Below are positions 32,941 to 43,937 of a DNA stretch of 64,000 bases, piece by piece. The stretch lies in assembly GCA_020184695.1 (NCBI GenBank), contig JAANOX010000134.1:1-64000 (forward strand), in the 5' to 3' direction. The translations under genes were made by a program, and so were the position numbers. Source of the DNA: Histomonas meleagridis 2922-C6/04-290x. Taxonomy: Eukaryota > Protista > Parabasalia. The notes under the pieces are model-generated. The model was given only the letters and a program-made list of their open reading frames with translations, did not search any database and had not been told where the DNA came from. Every line of letters begins with the position of its first letter. The stretch's first letter is position 1.

Positions 32941-33741
32941 AAAAAAGTGATTTCAAATGATTTAAGAGACAAAAAATTACGAAATTCGACTTTTTCAGAA
33001 TATAAATAGTCGATTTGTTTAACCAACATCATTCAAATGAAAGTACACAACGTTTACAAAATGCCATGCAATATTCAAAAAAATGTTTTTACCTAAAATC
33101 ACACTATCAATAGCTTTTCCTCTTAAAGAATCTTTTTAAGTTCGAAAATATATAGTGACGTTAAAATAGGATGATACTTGTAAGGATATGAAGTTGATCA
33201 ACTTAAAAAGTGAAGTTGAAAAAATCCGTCTTAAAAAATGTTATTTCGATTTTGACTATGCTTCATAGAAACAATTTAAAAATTAGATTAGTTAGACCAT
33301 AGATAATGTCAATTGCTTTAATTTTGTTGTAAGTCACTAGTTATCAATTTGACTTTTAACGGTGGAATGAATGGCAGCCGATAGGACGGTTAAAAATTCT
33401 AATTTTTTGGGTTTATCTGAGCATTTCTTGATATTAAAATGATGAAAATGAGAATATATCTCATGAAAAACATTGCAATTCTAGAAATAATAGTTTCAAT
33501 TTTTTTAATTATTTTTACGAGAAAATATGAAAAATCTGTTCTCACATTTTTTTTCATTATTATAAGCTATAACTTAAAATTGAGATCCGCGTATAACTTT
33601 CATTTGCTTTTCAATGGGGAGAATAAATATAATATCTCTAATGAGGAAAAAATAACAGTTTGTTGTTTAGTTCAATTTTTGATCAACAGTTTACAAAACC
33701 GTTTTTTAACGTAAATAATCGATTAGTTCACTTCTGTGCCA

Positions 33742-34911
33742 ATGGGAGTTCAAAACCTTTTGCCTCTCCTTTCTTCTGTTTCTAAGCGTATGAATCTTAG
33801 CGAATTCAAAGGTAAAAGGATTGCCATTGATGGATTTGTTTGGTTGCATCGTAGTGCAATATCATGTGCTAAACAGCTTGTTGAAAATCCAGGAACAACA
33901 CGTATTCTTTCCTTCTGTATGCGTAGGCTTAACCAAGTTCTTAATTGTGGACTTACTCCTGTTGTTGTTTTTGATGGTCAAAGCCTTCCACAAAAAGCTA
34001 ATACCAATGCTAAACGTCATCAAGACCGCGAAGAAAACAAAAGAAAGGCACTAGAGTTAGAATCTTTAGGGCGTTTTACTGATGCATATACATATTATCA
34101 ACGAGCCGTTGAAATAACATCACTTACAGTTTATACTTGGATCAAACAACTCCGACAATTTAACATAGAATATATTGTAGCACCATATGAAGCCGATGCA
34201 GAAATGGCATATCTTGCACGTATTGGTTATGTTGATATAGTCTTAACCGAAGACAGTGATTTAATTGCTTACCAAACACCAATTACACTTTTTAAGTTCG
34301 ATGACAATTGTATGGTCACATGCATTAAATTCGAAGATGTCTTATCACATCTTCACTTAACCATTGATGAACTTCTTGTCGTATGTTGTCTCTCCGGTTG
34401 TGATTATGTAGAACATCATATCAATCGAATGGGGATTCAATCAGCGATCAAATATGTCAAAATTTATAGTTCCAAAATCGACAAATTACTCTCAGGAATA
34501 CCATCCAAGTACGAAGTTCCCGAGAATTATGCCGAAGAAATCTCGAATGCAGTTTTGACATATAAATCACAAAAAGTATTTGACCCACGGGACAAAACAC
34601 TGAAAAATTTGGAGCCTATAGAAGGCGAATCTCCCGAATTTTTAGGCCCTGATTTAGCAAATGACTTATTAATAAAACTTGTAAATGGCGAAATCGATAC
34701 GAGAACACTTTCGCCAATCGTTAACGAAAACATTGGCGAAACTTCACCTTATTTCGTTGGAAGAAAAGATATTAGCGGTAGCCAAAAAATCGATCAAAGT
34801 ATGTCGAGACCATTGTCGCCTTATTTTAATAAAAGAAAATCAGAATCACAGAAAATATCATCGAAGTCAAGCGACAAAATCACTTCTTACTTCGATTTGA
34901 TGAAAAAATAA
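33742..34911 (+). CDS. EXO1: Exonuclease 1 (XPG/Rad2 family)
   Basis: MGVQNLL, AIDGFVWLHR, VFDG, APYEADAEMAYL, TEDSDL and LSGCDY motifs. Confidence 0.92.
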   Translation: MGVQNLLPLLSSVSKRMNLSEFKGKRIAIDGFVWLHRSAISCAKQLVENPGTTRILSFCMRRLNQVLNCGLTPVVVFDGQSLPQKANTNAKRHQDREENKRKALELESLGRFTDAYTYYQRAVEITSLTVYTWIKQLRQFNIEYIVAPYEADAEMAYLARIGYVDIVLTEDSDLIAYQTPITLFKFDDNCMVTCIKFEDVLSHLHLTIDELLVVCCLSGCDYVEHHINRMGIQSAIKYVKIYSSKIDKLLSGIPSKYEVPENYAEEISNAVLTYKSQKVFDPRDKTLKNLEPIEGESPEFLGPDLANDLLIKLVNGEIDTRTLSPIVNENIGETSPYFVGRKDISGSQKIDQSMSRPLSPYFNKRKSESQKISSKSSDKITSYFDLMKK

Positions 34912-35217
34912 ATTTTATGTTTACGACTATAAATAAATTATAAATATTTGTATTTATTTATAAAGAAATTTTTTGTGTTTCTTGTGTAATATTATAATAT
35001 GGAAATTGCTTCTTTAAAATTAATCCAAAGTTTCCAATCTAAATTCTTGTTTAAAATATATATTTTAAACTGCATTCAGTATGTCACTTCTTGCTCAATA
35101 CACATGTATAAATGCATTTATACATAATTTTATGAAATATTTAGCAAATCTAGATTTTCCTTCAGTGTAAACTATTGAAACATGAAAATTTTGTATATGT
35201 AATCAGTCGGTCAAACA

Positions 35218-37207
35218 ATGAATGAATGGAATTTACTTCAATTACTTGAGCAAACAATTTTAAATTTAGATAAAAGCAATATTTCACAATCGTTAAAAGC
35301 AATCACTGATGTGTTTGATTATCGCTATTCATATTCTTTTAACATAATTCTTTTAAAAATAATTAACATGATAATTGATATCAAACAAAATAACATTGAT
35401 ATTTGTTTAGATTTTATTAAATACATTAACACATTTGAAGAAGGAATCCAATCTAAATTTAAAATATTGGATGTATTTGCACAATATCTGAATAAATCTA
35501 ATTCCTCGGAAACAAATTATCTCATAGTAAATATGATAGAACAAAATATGATTGGAACAAACATCATAAAAAATAAAAAAAATTTATATTTTATGCAATA
35601 TATGACAAATGATGAAATCAACGAATTGAAAAATCCAAGAAATCGGGAAATCTTTAAAAATATAAATTCACTTAAAAAGAATGATTATGAACTTCATAAG
35701 CAATTAATTAAAGAAGGACATAATCCAAATGAAATTGCAAAAGTAATTCGAAATGATGAAATAGAAAAACTTCAAGAAATATCATCACAACCAAATTTTG
35801 ATTTTAATCAAAAAATTGAGCCATCACTTTATGAAAGATGTTCATTTATTAACAATTGGGATATTACATTAATTGATTATGCAGCATTTTTTTCATCCAT
35901 TAAATGTTTTAAATATTTACTTATGAATGGAGCAAAATTAGAAAACACAGGCAAATATGCAATTGCAAGTGGAAATGAAGAAATTATTCATTTATGTGAA
36001 CAAAATCATTCAACATTTGAAGATGCATATGAAACAGCAATTCAATTCCATCGAAATAATATTTTTAAATATATTTATGAAAATAAAATTAGCGAAATTA
36101 ATAATTTAGAAGAGTTAGGGAAAAAATGTATTTTATTTCATAATTATGAGATTTTTTTATTTTTACAAGGAAAAGGAATGAAAATTAATGATTCTGTTAT
36201 TAACGTAGCAGCAAGAGTTGGAAATTTATATCTTATCCAACTCTTTTTAAAAGAAAATCAAATCTCAAAAGATATTTTAGTACATTCATCAGGATCAGGA
36301 AACATTGAACTTGTTGAATATATCTTAGAACTCAAAAAAATTGATATTAATTTTAAAAATTTTTAATTATTTTATTTCGAATTTGTTTTATTATAACCTA
36401 ATTTTAAAATAATATTTGGAAATCATTTAAATGATTTTGGACAGCACTTATTATTGCATCTTTTAAGGGTAATTCAGAAATAGTTAAATTACTTCTTGAA
36501 CAAGAAGGAATTGATATTAATGCCACAGATATTTTATCGTTTTATTTGAAATTTATATTAATGATTTGATATTTCAAAATAACATTTGGAAATTATTTAA
36601 AATATTTAAAACAGCACTTATGTATGCATCTTTAAATGGTCATGCAAAAATAGTTAAATTACTTCTTAAACAAAAAGAAATTGATATTAATGCTGAAGAT
36701 ATTTTTTTGTTTTATTAAAAGTTCAAAACAATATTTTGGTGTTTAAAAATAATGTTTGGAAATTGATTGTACATTTTCAAACAGCACTTATGTATGTATC
36801 AGAATATGGTCATATAGATATAATAAAATATCTTCTTGAAAATGAAAAAATTGATATCAATGCCAAAGACATTTTTTTGAATTATTTGGTATTTATTTCA
36901 GTAACTTGAAATTTTATGTGAATATTTGGAAATTATTTGTGATGTTTTGGACTGCACTAATGATTGCATCTTTAAAAGGAAATACTGAAATAGTTAAAAT
37001 ACTTATAAATCATGAGGGAATTGATATTAATGTGAAAGATGCTTATGTGTTTTATTTAAGTTTTGTATTAAAAATGTTATGTTTTAAAAAATTATTTGGG
37101 AATTTTTCAAAATTTTTCAAACTGCACTCTTGTATGCATCTGATAATCATAATAATGAAATAGCTGAATTACTTAAACAAAAGGAAGGAATTACCGAAAA
37201 CATTTAG
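35218..37207 (+). CDS. DUF3447/ankyrin repeat gene B, five repeats with exact 170-nt periodicity
   Basis: ORF 35218..36366, then 90-nt ankyrin blocks alternating with 80-nt spacers starting at 36361, 36531, 36701, 36871 and 37041; last block ends in TAG at 37205-37207. Coding status of the 3' part is unproven. Confidence 0.82.
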
Positions 37208-37569
37208 TAAAATAACAGTAATATCTCCATTATAGTTTTCTTTTTGAAGTTTTTCATATAAAATAAGCATCCAGTAATATATAAAAAATCTGATTTGATG
37301 TTTTCCATGCAACATTATAGATAAATCATTGATTTAAAAAATTTCTTTAAAGAGATAAAATGATTCAATGAATTTTATGTGATTCTCAATTTTATGTATA
37401 CACAATTCTAAATTTTTCTGTGACTCGATGAATGATTTTTATCCTTAAATATATCGAATTTTTTTATGGTTTAAATGTTGATTACTCATTTTCATTAAAA
37501 ATTATTAAATACATAAATTTAATTAAAATTTATGGAAAGAAAATGCTTTATTTATAAAATATTATTTAA

Positions 37570-38547
37570 TTAGGAATCAGATAAATTTAATTCCTTTACA
37601 TTTAATCTCAGTTTTTCGATTAATTCATCTGCAATACTTTCAACATCTTCATCTTCATTTTGTGATTCATCTGAAGATGAAGTTTCGCCAAATAAATTTT
37701 TTGCGATTTCGTTTCCATCACTTAAAGAACTGCATTTTGCCTTTTTTGATGGTTTTAATATCGGCGATTGAGATTCATCATGAATTGGAGATTGAATTGT
37801 TGTGTCATCTTTCGGTGTCCATTGGATGCGAATATCCTTGGCAATTGATAATGCGGCTGCATTTGATGCCAATTTTCTAATTTTCAAATAATCATTTGAA
37901 GATGATGAAGAATTGGAGGAGTCATGATATGTATTTGGTTGAGTATACTTTGGATCAACATGAAATAAAATTGGATCTGATATTGATGATGAAAAATCAG
38001 ATGAATCAAAGGAAGATGAAATACTTGAAATTGTAACAGAACTGGAATAAGTACTTGAAGAATCAGAAGATGATATAGAAATAATTTTATTATTTTGCTT
38101 ATGGGATTCAGAAATTGGATTTGGATTTGGATACTTTGCTGTGTGATAAAATATTCCATCGTTATCAGAACTGAAGTTAGATGAAGAAGAATCTTTTTTA
38201 AAAATGTATGGATTTTTTTTCTTATTATATTTATTTCTCTGAATTAAATCTTCATTAGGTGTTTCATTTTTAATTGGTCTGGATAATTTTTGCTTTGGAT
38301 CTGAATATATTTTTTTATTTTTGAATTCATAATTATTTAATTTTGAAGAAACTTTTTTCTTTTTTGCTGATTTTTTCTCTTTTTCTTTGACTTCTCTTTT
38401 TAACATTTCATGGAATTCTATCATTTGTTCACGTAGCTTCTTTAGTCTTTCATTTGGTTTCATGGAGATAAAAATAAACGGTTTCCAAAACTCAAAGAAT
38501 GAAATTTGAAAAACAATAAATTGACTGTTTTCACTCATATAAATCAA
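37570..38547 (-). CDS. Hypothetical Ser-rich low-complexity protein
   Basis: 325-aa ORF (likely start MKPNERLKK) with a basic N-terminus and Ser/Asp tracts. Confidence 0.65.
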   Translation of the reverse strand: MIYMSENSQFIVFQISFFEFWKPFIFISMKPNERLKKLREQMIEFHEMLKREVKEKEKKSAKKKKVSSKLNNYEFKNKKIYSDPKQKLSRPIKNETPNEDLIQRNKYNKKKNPYIFKKDSSSSNFSSDNDGIFYHTAKYPNPNPISESHKQNNKIISISSSDSSSTYSSSVTISSISSSFDSSDFSSSISDPILFHVDPKYTQPNTYHDSSNSSSSSNDYLKIRKLASNAAALSIAKDIRIQWTPKDDTTIQSPIHDESQSPILKPSKKAKCSSLSDGNEIAKNLFGETSSSDESQNEDEDVESIADELIEKLRLNVKELNLSDS

Positions 38548-39418
38548 ATTAAAGGTTAAAAAATTGAAGAACAGTTTACGAATATTTATAGGTACCTTCC
38601 AAATATTTTTTTTTCAATCATATGTGATTTCATGAATCTTTAGAAGGATCTGTTTCGTGACTTTTTTCGACATAATCAGAAAACTGAGTAAGCGTTTTGA
38701 TGCTCTGGAATTTATCAATATTGAAGCTTCAATCCAAGAGAATTTTTGCTCAATGATGGAATCACCTTCATATATGGAATCACAAACTGTTAAAGGCTTT
38801 TCAAAGCTAAATGGATATAATAAGATTTCTGCTTCAGGTTTTTGCAAAACTAAAATCATCAAATGATTGTTTGAGATTTTCTTGAGATATTTCTGACACA
38901 TAATACGGGTTATTTTGTATCTTTTGTAGCATTTGTTGTGGCATTTGACATGGAATTTGTTTGGGTATCTTTGGTGTTTGAGGTAAGATTGGAATTTGAA
39001 ATTTTCCTTGAGTTATCATTTGCTGAGCAAGAAATATTGGGCTATTATTTATTTGCATGAAGTTTATCATCATATTAAAAGTTGGGTACAAATTGTAAAA
39101 AAATTGTTATTGATAAGTACTCGTAACGCCGGTCCCAATTATATTATATTACAATGCTCATACACAACGAATGAAGTGACATGATGCTTGTTATTAATAA
39201 TGAGTCACATTTCGAATAAAGCTTTTTTAACTCATTCCATTTGGATGTCATTTTAAATTATAAATAAGCCTAATCTCGTCGCTTTACAAAATCTTTAATT
39301 TCACGATTGCAACTGGAAGCTCCATAATATTGATGAACAAGTACCTCAGAAGTACAATAGTACTTGAATTAGTTTTTAAATATTTCAAACTGAATTTAGG
39401 AAATGTTTATTTCAATAT

Positions 39419-41068
39419 TTAAATATTTCCTCTTTTATCCTTGAGAATCTTTTAGTTTTATTATGTCATCACATTTATGACGTTGAATTTTGTCTGCAAA
39501 TAATCGAATAATATCTGCATTTTTCTTTTCTGATGCTATTATAAGCGCTGTTTTATATATTTGAAAGTGATTCCAAATGTTTATATGAAATATCATATTA
39601 TTTAAAAATACTTTAAATATAACAAATAAATATCTTTAGCATCGATATCAATATTCTCTTGTTCAAGAAGTAATTTAACTGTTTCTGTATAACCATATTT
39701 AGATGCCAAAATAAGTGATGTATTAAAAAATTTAAATTATTTCCAAATATTATTTTGAAATATAAAATTATTAAAATAAATATTATCTTTAGCATTAATA
39801 TCAATTCCTTCTTGTTCAAGAAGTAATTTAACTATTTCTATATGACCTTTTTCAGATGCCCAAATAAGTGCTGTTCTAAATAATTTATATAATTTCCAAA
39901 TATTATTTTGAAATATGAAATTATTAAAATAAATATTATCTTTAGCATTAATATTAATTTCTTCTTGTTCAAGAAGTAATTTAACTACTTCTGTATAACC
40001 TTTTAAAGATGCCCAAATAAGTGCAGTATTAAATAAATTAAATAATTTCCAAAAATTATTTTGAAATAATAAATTATTAAAACAAATTTCAAATAAAACA
40101 AATAAATATCTTTCGCATTAACATCAATCCCTTCTTGTTCAAGAAGTAATTTAACTATTTCTGTATGTCCATTTAAAGGTAATTCAATATGAATTGTTTG
40201 ATATAATTTGAATAATTTCCAAATATTATTTTGAGATAGGAAATTATTTAAATAAATATTAAATAAAACAAATAAATATCTTTCGCATTAATATCAATTC
40301 CTTCTTGTACAATAAGGTAAGTAACTGTTTTTATATGACCATTTTCAGGTGCATCATTTATGGATGCATAAAATAATTTAAATAATTTTCAAATATTATT
40401 TTGAAATAATATATAAAACCAATAAATATTTTTATTGTTAGCATTATTCATAAGTAAATATTTAAAACATTTAATGGATGAAAAAAATGCTGCATAATCA
40501 ATTAATGTAACATTATCTTTGTTAATAAATGAACATCTTTCATAAAGTGATGGCTCAATTTTTTGATTAAAATCAAAATTTGGTTGTGATGATATTTCTT
40601 GAAGTTTTTCTATTTCATCATTTCGAATTACTTTTGCAATTTCATTTGGATTATGTCCTTCTTTAATTAATTGCTTATGAAGTTCATAATCATTCTTTGA
40701 TAGTTCTTCATAAGTAAAAAATGCTTCATTAGGTGGACTAAAAATTTTAGCATAAATATCAGGGTTCACTTTATAATGCATAAAATAAAATGATCGAATA
40801 TTTTTAGTAATATTAGAATCAACAAATTTCGTCTAATCATTTCCTCAAGTATATAATATGATTCTTTCGAACCTATTATACTTATATGATTACTAAAAAT
40901 TTTTGTTATATTTGTAACATTTTTTTGGATTTCTTTTTCTTTTATTTGTATTGTCTCCAAATAATTTAAATATATATTAAGTTCGTTCTTAGAATAAAAT
41001 GCAAAATAAACCAAATTACTAATAATTTTATTAAATGAATATGGGAAATCTAAATCGAATAATTTCAT
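39419..41068 (-). pseudogene. DUF3447/ankyrin repeat gene C, frameshifted and internally deleted
   Basis: ORFs 40766..41068 and 40389..40781 differ by one frame at a T-run, and DUF3447 is cut after KYLLMNNA. Spacers: 80 nt at 39552-39631, 40028-40107 and 40198-40277; 63 nt at 39722-39784 and 39875-39937. Confidence 0.75.
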
Positions 41069-41323
41069 TATTTGATCAATTGTTAATTCAAAAAAATCCC
41101 TCTAAATTGCACAGAAGATACTCACCACCGAAAATAATTACAAGGTTAATGCGTCTCCCAAAAACACCATTACTAACTACAAATGTAAAGCACGTTAAAC
41201 TGTAGACAAAGTTTGTCAAAAAGTGGATAATAGGTAAAGTATTCAAAACAGTATATTATTAATTTTTATTAATTACATGATTTGAAATGAATTTTACGAC
41301 AAACAAATTTGATGTAAAGGCAA

Positions 41324-42433
41324 TCATAAAAATTGGTTTTGGAAATGCCACATATCATTGAAATTTTGATCCGAAAAATCTAAAGCAAAGTCATTATTGA
41401 TACCCATCTCATTCCGCTCAGATGGATATGTCAAAGGGATATCAAATTGGTCATCAAGATGGTCATTTGGAGGCAAACAATGCGAATCAAACGAATTGTT
41501 TTGCTGCATATTTAACTCAGGAACAGGAAGCGAATTATGTCCAAACGAATGGTTCTGAGTTTGGTTCGCTGCGAACATGTTATGTGAGTCAAATAAATGA
41601 TTTTGATTTATTGTGGGCTCATATGACAAATTACTGGGATTAAATGAATTGCTTGGCTGGTAGCTTATCTTTGGGACTGGAAAGGAATTGCGATTTTGAC
41701 CAAATGAATGATTTGGTTGTTGATTGATTACACCATCAAGCGATAAACTGTGCGAATCGAACGAATTGTTGGGCTGCTGGTGAAACATAGGAGCAGGAAT
41801 TGAGTGATGACTTTGGTTGTATGAATAGTTTGATTCAATTGAATCAAAATATGGTTCAATGCTATGGCCATTATATAAATTTGTTGGGATGGAAGAAGCT
41901 TGTGAGTGTATTATCGGAACAGAATTTCTCTGGAATTTATGAAATATATTCGGACTAATCTTGTTATTAAGATATTGAAACCTGGATTTAACAGCATTGT
42001 CAGAACGATGAAGTTGCTTCCCAATGTTTTGCCATTTAGGTCCTAACATTTGATACAATTCTAAAATGATTATATCTTCTTGTTCAGTCCAGTTCCCTTT
42101 TTTTAAGTTTGGATCTAAAACACGCTTGTAGTGTTCACGGCATTGTTTTGCTGTTCGATTTTTAAAAATTTTTGCGATTTCACACCAATTTCCTCCAAAT
42201 TTTTCATAAGCATGTAACAATAAGTTGTCTTCTTCTTCGTCCCATCTTTCTATTGATTTCCTCGTTTTTTGCTGGTTTTTGAACTTATGATTTTCTTCAG
42301 GAGTTAGAGATGATGTTTTCGAGAAAATCTCTTGTTTTTCTTCAAAAAGTTTTGGATTCGCGCTTTCAAGCTCTTCAAAGTTTGCATGTTTAAATGCTTG
42401 TGGGTCATTAATCAATTCATCAAAATCATCCAT
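41324..42433 (-). CDS. R2R3 Myb transcription factor
   Basis: WDEEEDNLL...RTAKQCREHY...GNWTEQED...GPKW...RSDNAVKSRF. Confidence 0.93.
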   Translation of the reverse strand: MDDFDELINDPQAFKHANFEELESANPKLFEEKQEIFSKTSSLTPEENHKFKNQQKTRKSIERWDEEEDNLLLHAYEKFGGNWCEIAKIFKNRTAKQCREHYKRVLDPNLKKGNWTEQEDIIILELYQMLGPKWQNIGKQLHRSDNAVKSRFQYLNNKISPNIFHKFQRNSVPIIHSQASSIPTNLYNGHSIEPYFDSIESNYSYNQSHHSIPAPMFHQQPNNSFDSHSLSLDGVINQQPNHSFGQNRNSFPVPKISYQPSNSFNPSNLSYEPTINQNHLFDSHNMFAANQTQNHSFGHNSLPVPELNMQQNNSFDSHCLPPNDHLDDQFDIPLTYPSERNEMGINNDFALDFSDQNFNDMWHFQNQFL

Positions 42434-43937
42434 TGTTTGTTTTGAGCCTCAATTTAATGAAGATTTTGGATCTAAAGAAATTTAACTTTTTGAAAATGAT
42501 GATGTAGATGTGTTATACTTTTTGATTAATGTTTTTTGAAAAGCCGATAGATTATTTCACAAAGAAAATCATGATTGTTTGATTATTTTTAGTGTTATTT
42601 TTTGCACATTCGCACAAACAAGCAATTAGAATCTCAAAGAGCGTACCGGAAACAATTAAACTCACAGAAAAAGTGTAATTCACGTTTTCATTGAGTATCA
42701 TTGAATTAAAACCGAATGAAATTTCGTTCAATTTCATGAATATATTGTTGGCCAGTAAAATTGCATACGACATGTTTTTTATCTCGTTATTTTTATCAAA
42801 ACTCAAAATTCTTTTGTAAGAGTATGAAACTTTAAAGTCTACTCAAATCGTAATAATTTGTACGTTAATTTTTCTGAGGTTTACTCGAAAAAATCGAAAA
42901 TCTTTTTAAAAAGTTTCAAAATTTCTTATTACACTATTTATTTTAAATAACAAAAAGTAATTTCTGGAAAACTATAGATATATCCCCTTCCGAATATTAT
43001 TATATATTGAAAATAACTGTTGTGTAGGTAAAATAATTCTGGATCATTTATAATATATAATTTTATACCTAAAATTGCATAATGTGTCCCAAAATAAATA
43101 CTGAATGTTTTTTGCAAATTTCAGAAGAATTTAGAAGGGCATTACATATTCTGATTTTCATAAAAGTATTATTGATTTTTATCTAACAGGTAAAAATTTG
43201 TTTGAATAATGTTCAAACCAAAAATCATCCTAAATCCAAATGATCTACTTCTTCTCAATGAATAATATAGTTTATAAGAAATTATATATATGATTCAATT
43301 ACCCTTTGAATATTTCTGGAAATGCAAGCAAATTTCAAGATTTTTTTTTATGGAGTTCTAAATTTCGCTTTTTTTATCCATATATATTTTGGGTAATCAG
43401 AAATGAACGATCAATATTTGAGAGGAATCAAATGTCGCTTAATTTCCATTCAAATTCTCTATGTTTTTTTACAACGGGAAATTACCGTTGCTTCCGACCA
43501 ATTATTATCACAAAAAATAGCGAAGTAAAGTTAAGAATTTTACTTAAAGTTCATTTTCGTTATTTACTATTTTTTTAATCCTGGAGAGCGATAAGGATAA
43601 TATTTCATTAATTTTTTGATATTACCACCAAAGCCGCCGCTTCGATCTCTAAGTTTTTTATCTTCTTTCTTTGTAGCACAATATTTTATTCCAGATCAAT
43701 TTATTTTATGTCTTCCTCATATCTGAGATTGAGAAGATGGGTTCAACGTAATGTACGTGCTGCATATAGCACCATTATTTTTATAATGTTTTTTTTCCAA
43801 AAACAAGTATTTGTGACAATAGTACATATATAAATAATTTTTAGAACATGTGATTGAAAATGCACTACTTATAACATTAAATATATTTTTCAGAGCTTAA
43901 AATCATCATTTGATTTTTTATGTATTATGGTTAGTGA

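Noticed and set aside
36361-37120. Spacers as ordinary GT-AG introns (GT at offset 9, AG from ACA-G)
   Set aside because: GT is absent in some copies (AT, GA), ACT-GCA units have no AG, the GT/ACAG join is out of frame, and there is no CTAAC.
36361-37120. Simple -1 ribosomal frameshift at T-TTA-AAT
   Set aside because: Four of the five gene B spacers have upstream-frame stops before that site.
36361-37120. Single 68-nt or 50-nt ribosome hop with matched codons (T4 gene 60-like)
   Set aside because: No consistent identical take-off and landing codons, and spacer 36361-36440 would still give TGA. Kept only as a weak alternative.
38614-39091. ODC antizyme
   Set aside because: The second frame lacks recognisable antizyme motifs.
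43625-43650. Helitron 3' hairpin (AAGCGGCGGCTT)
   Set aside because: Only a 4-bp stem and no CTRR terminus nearby.
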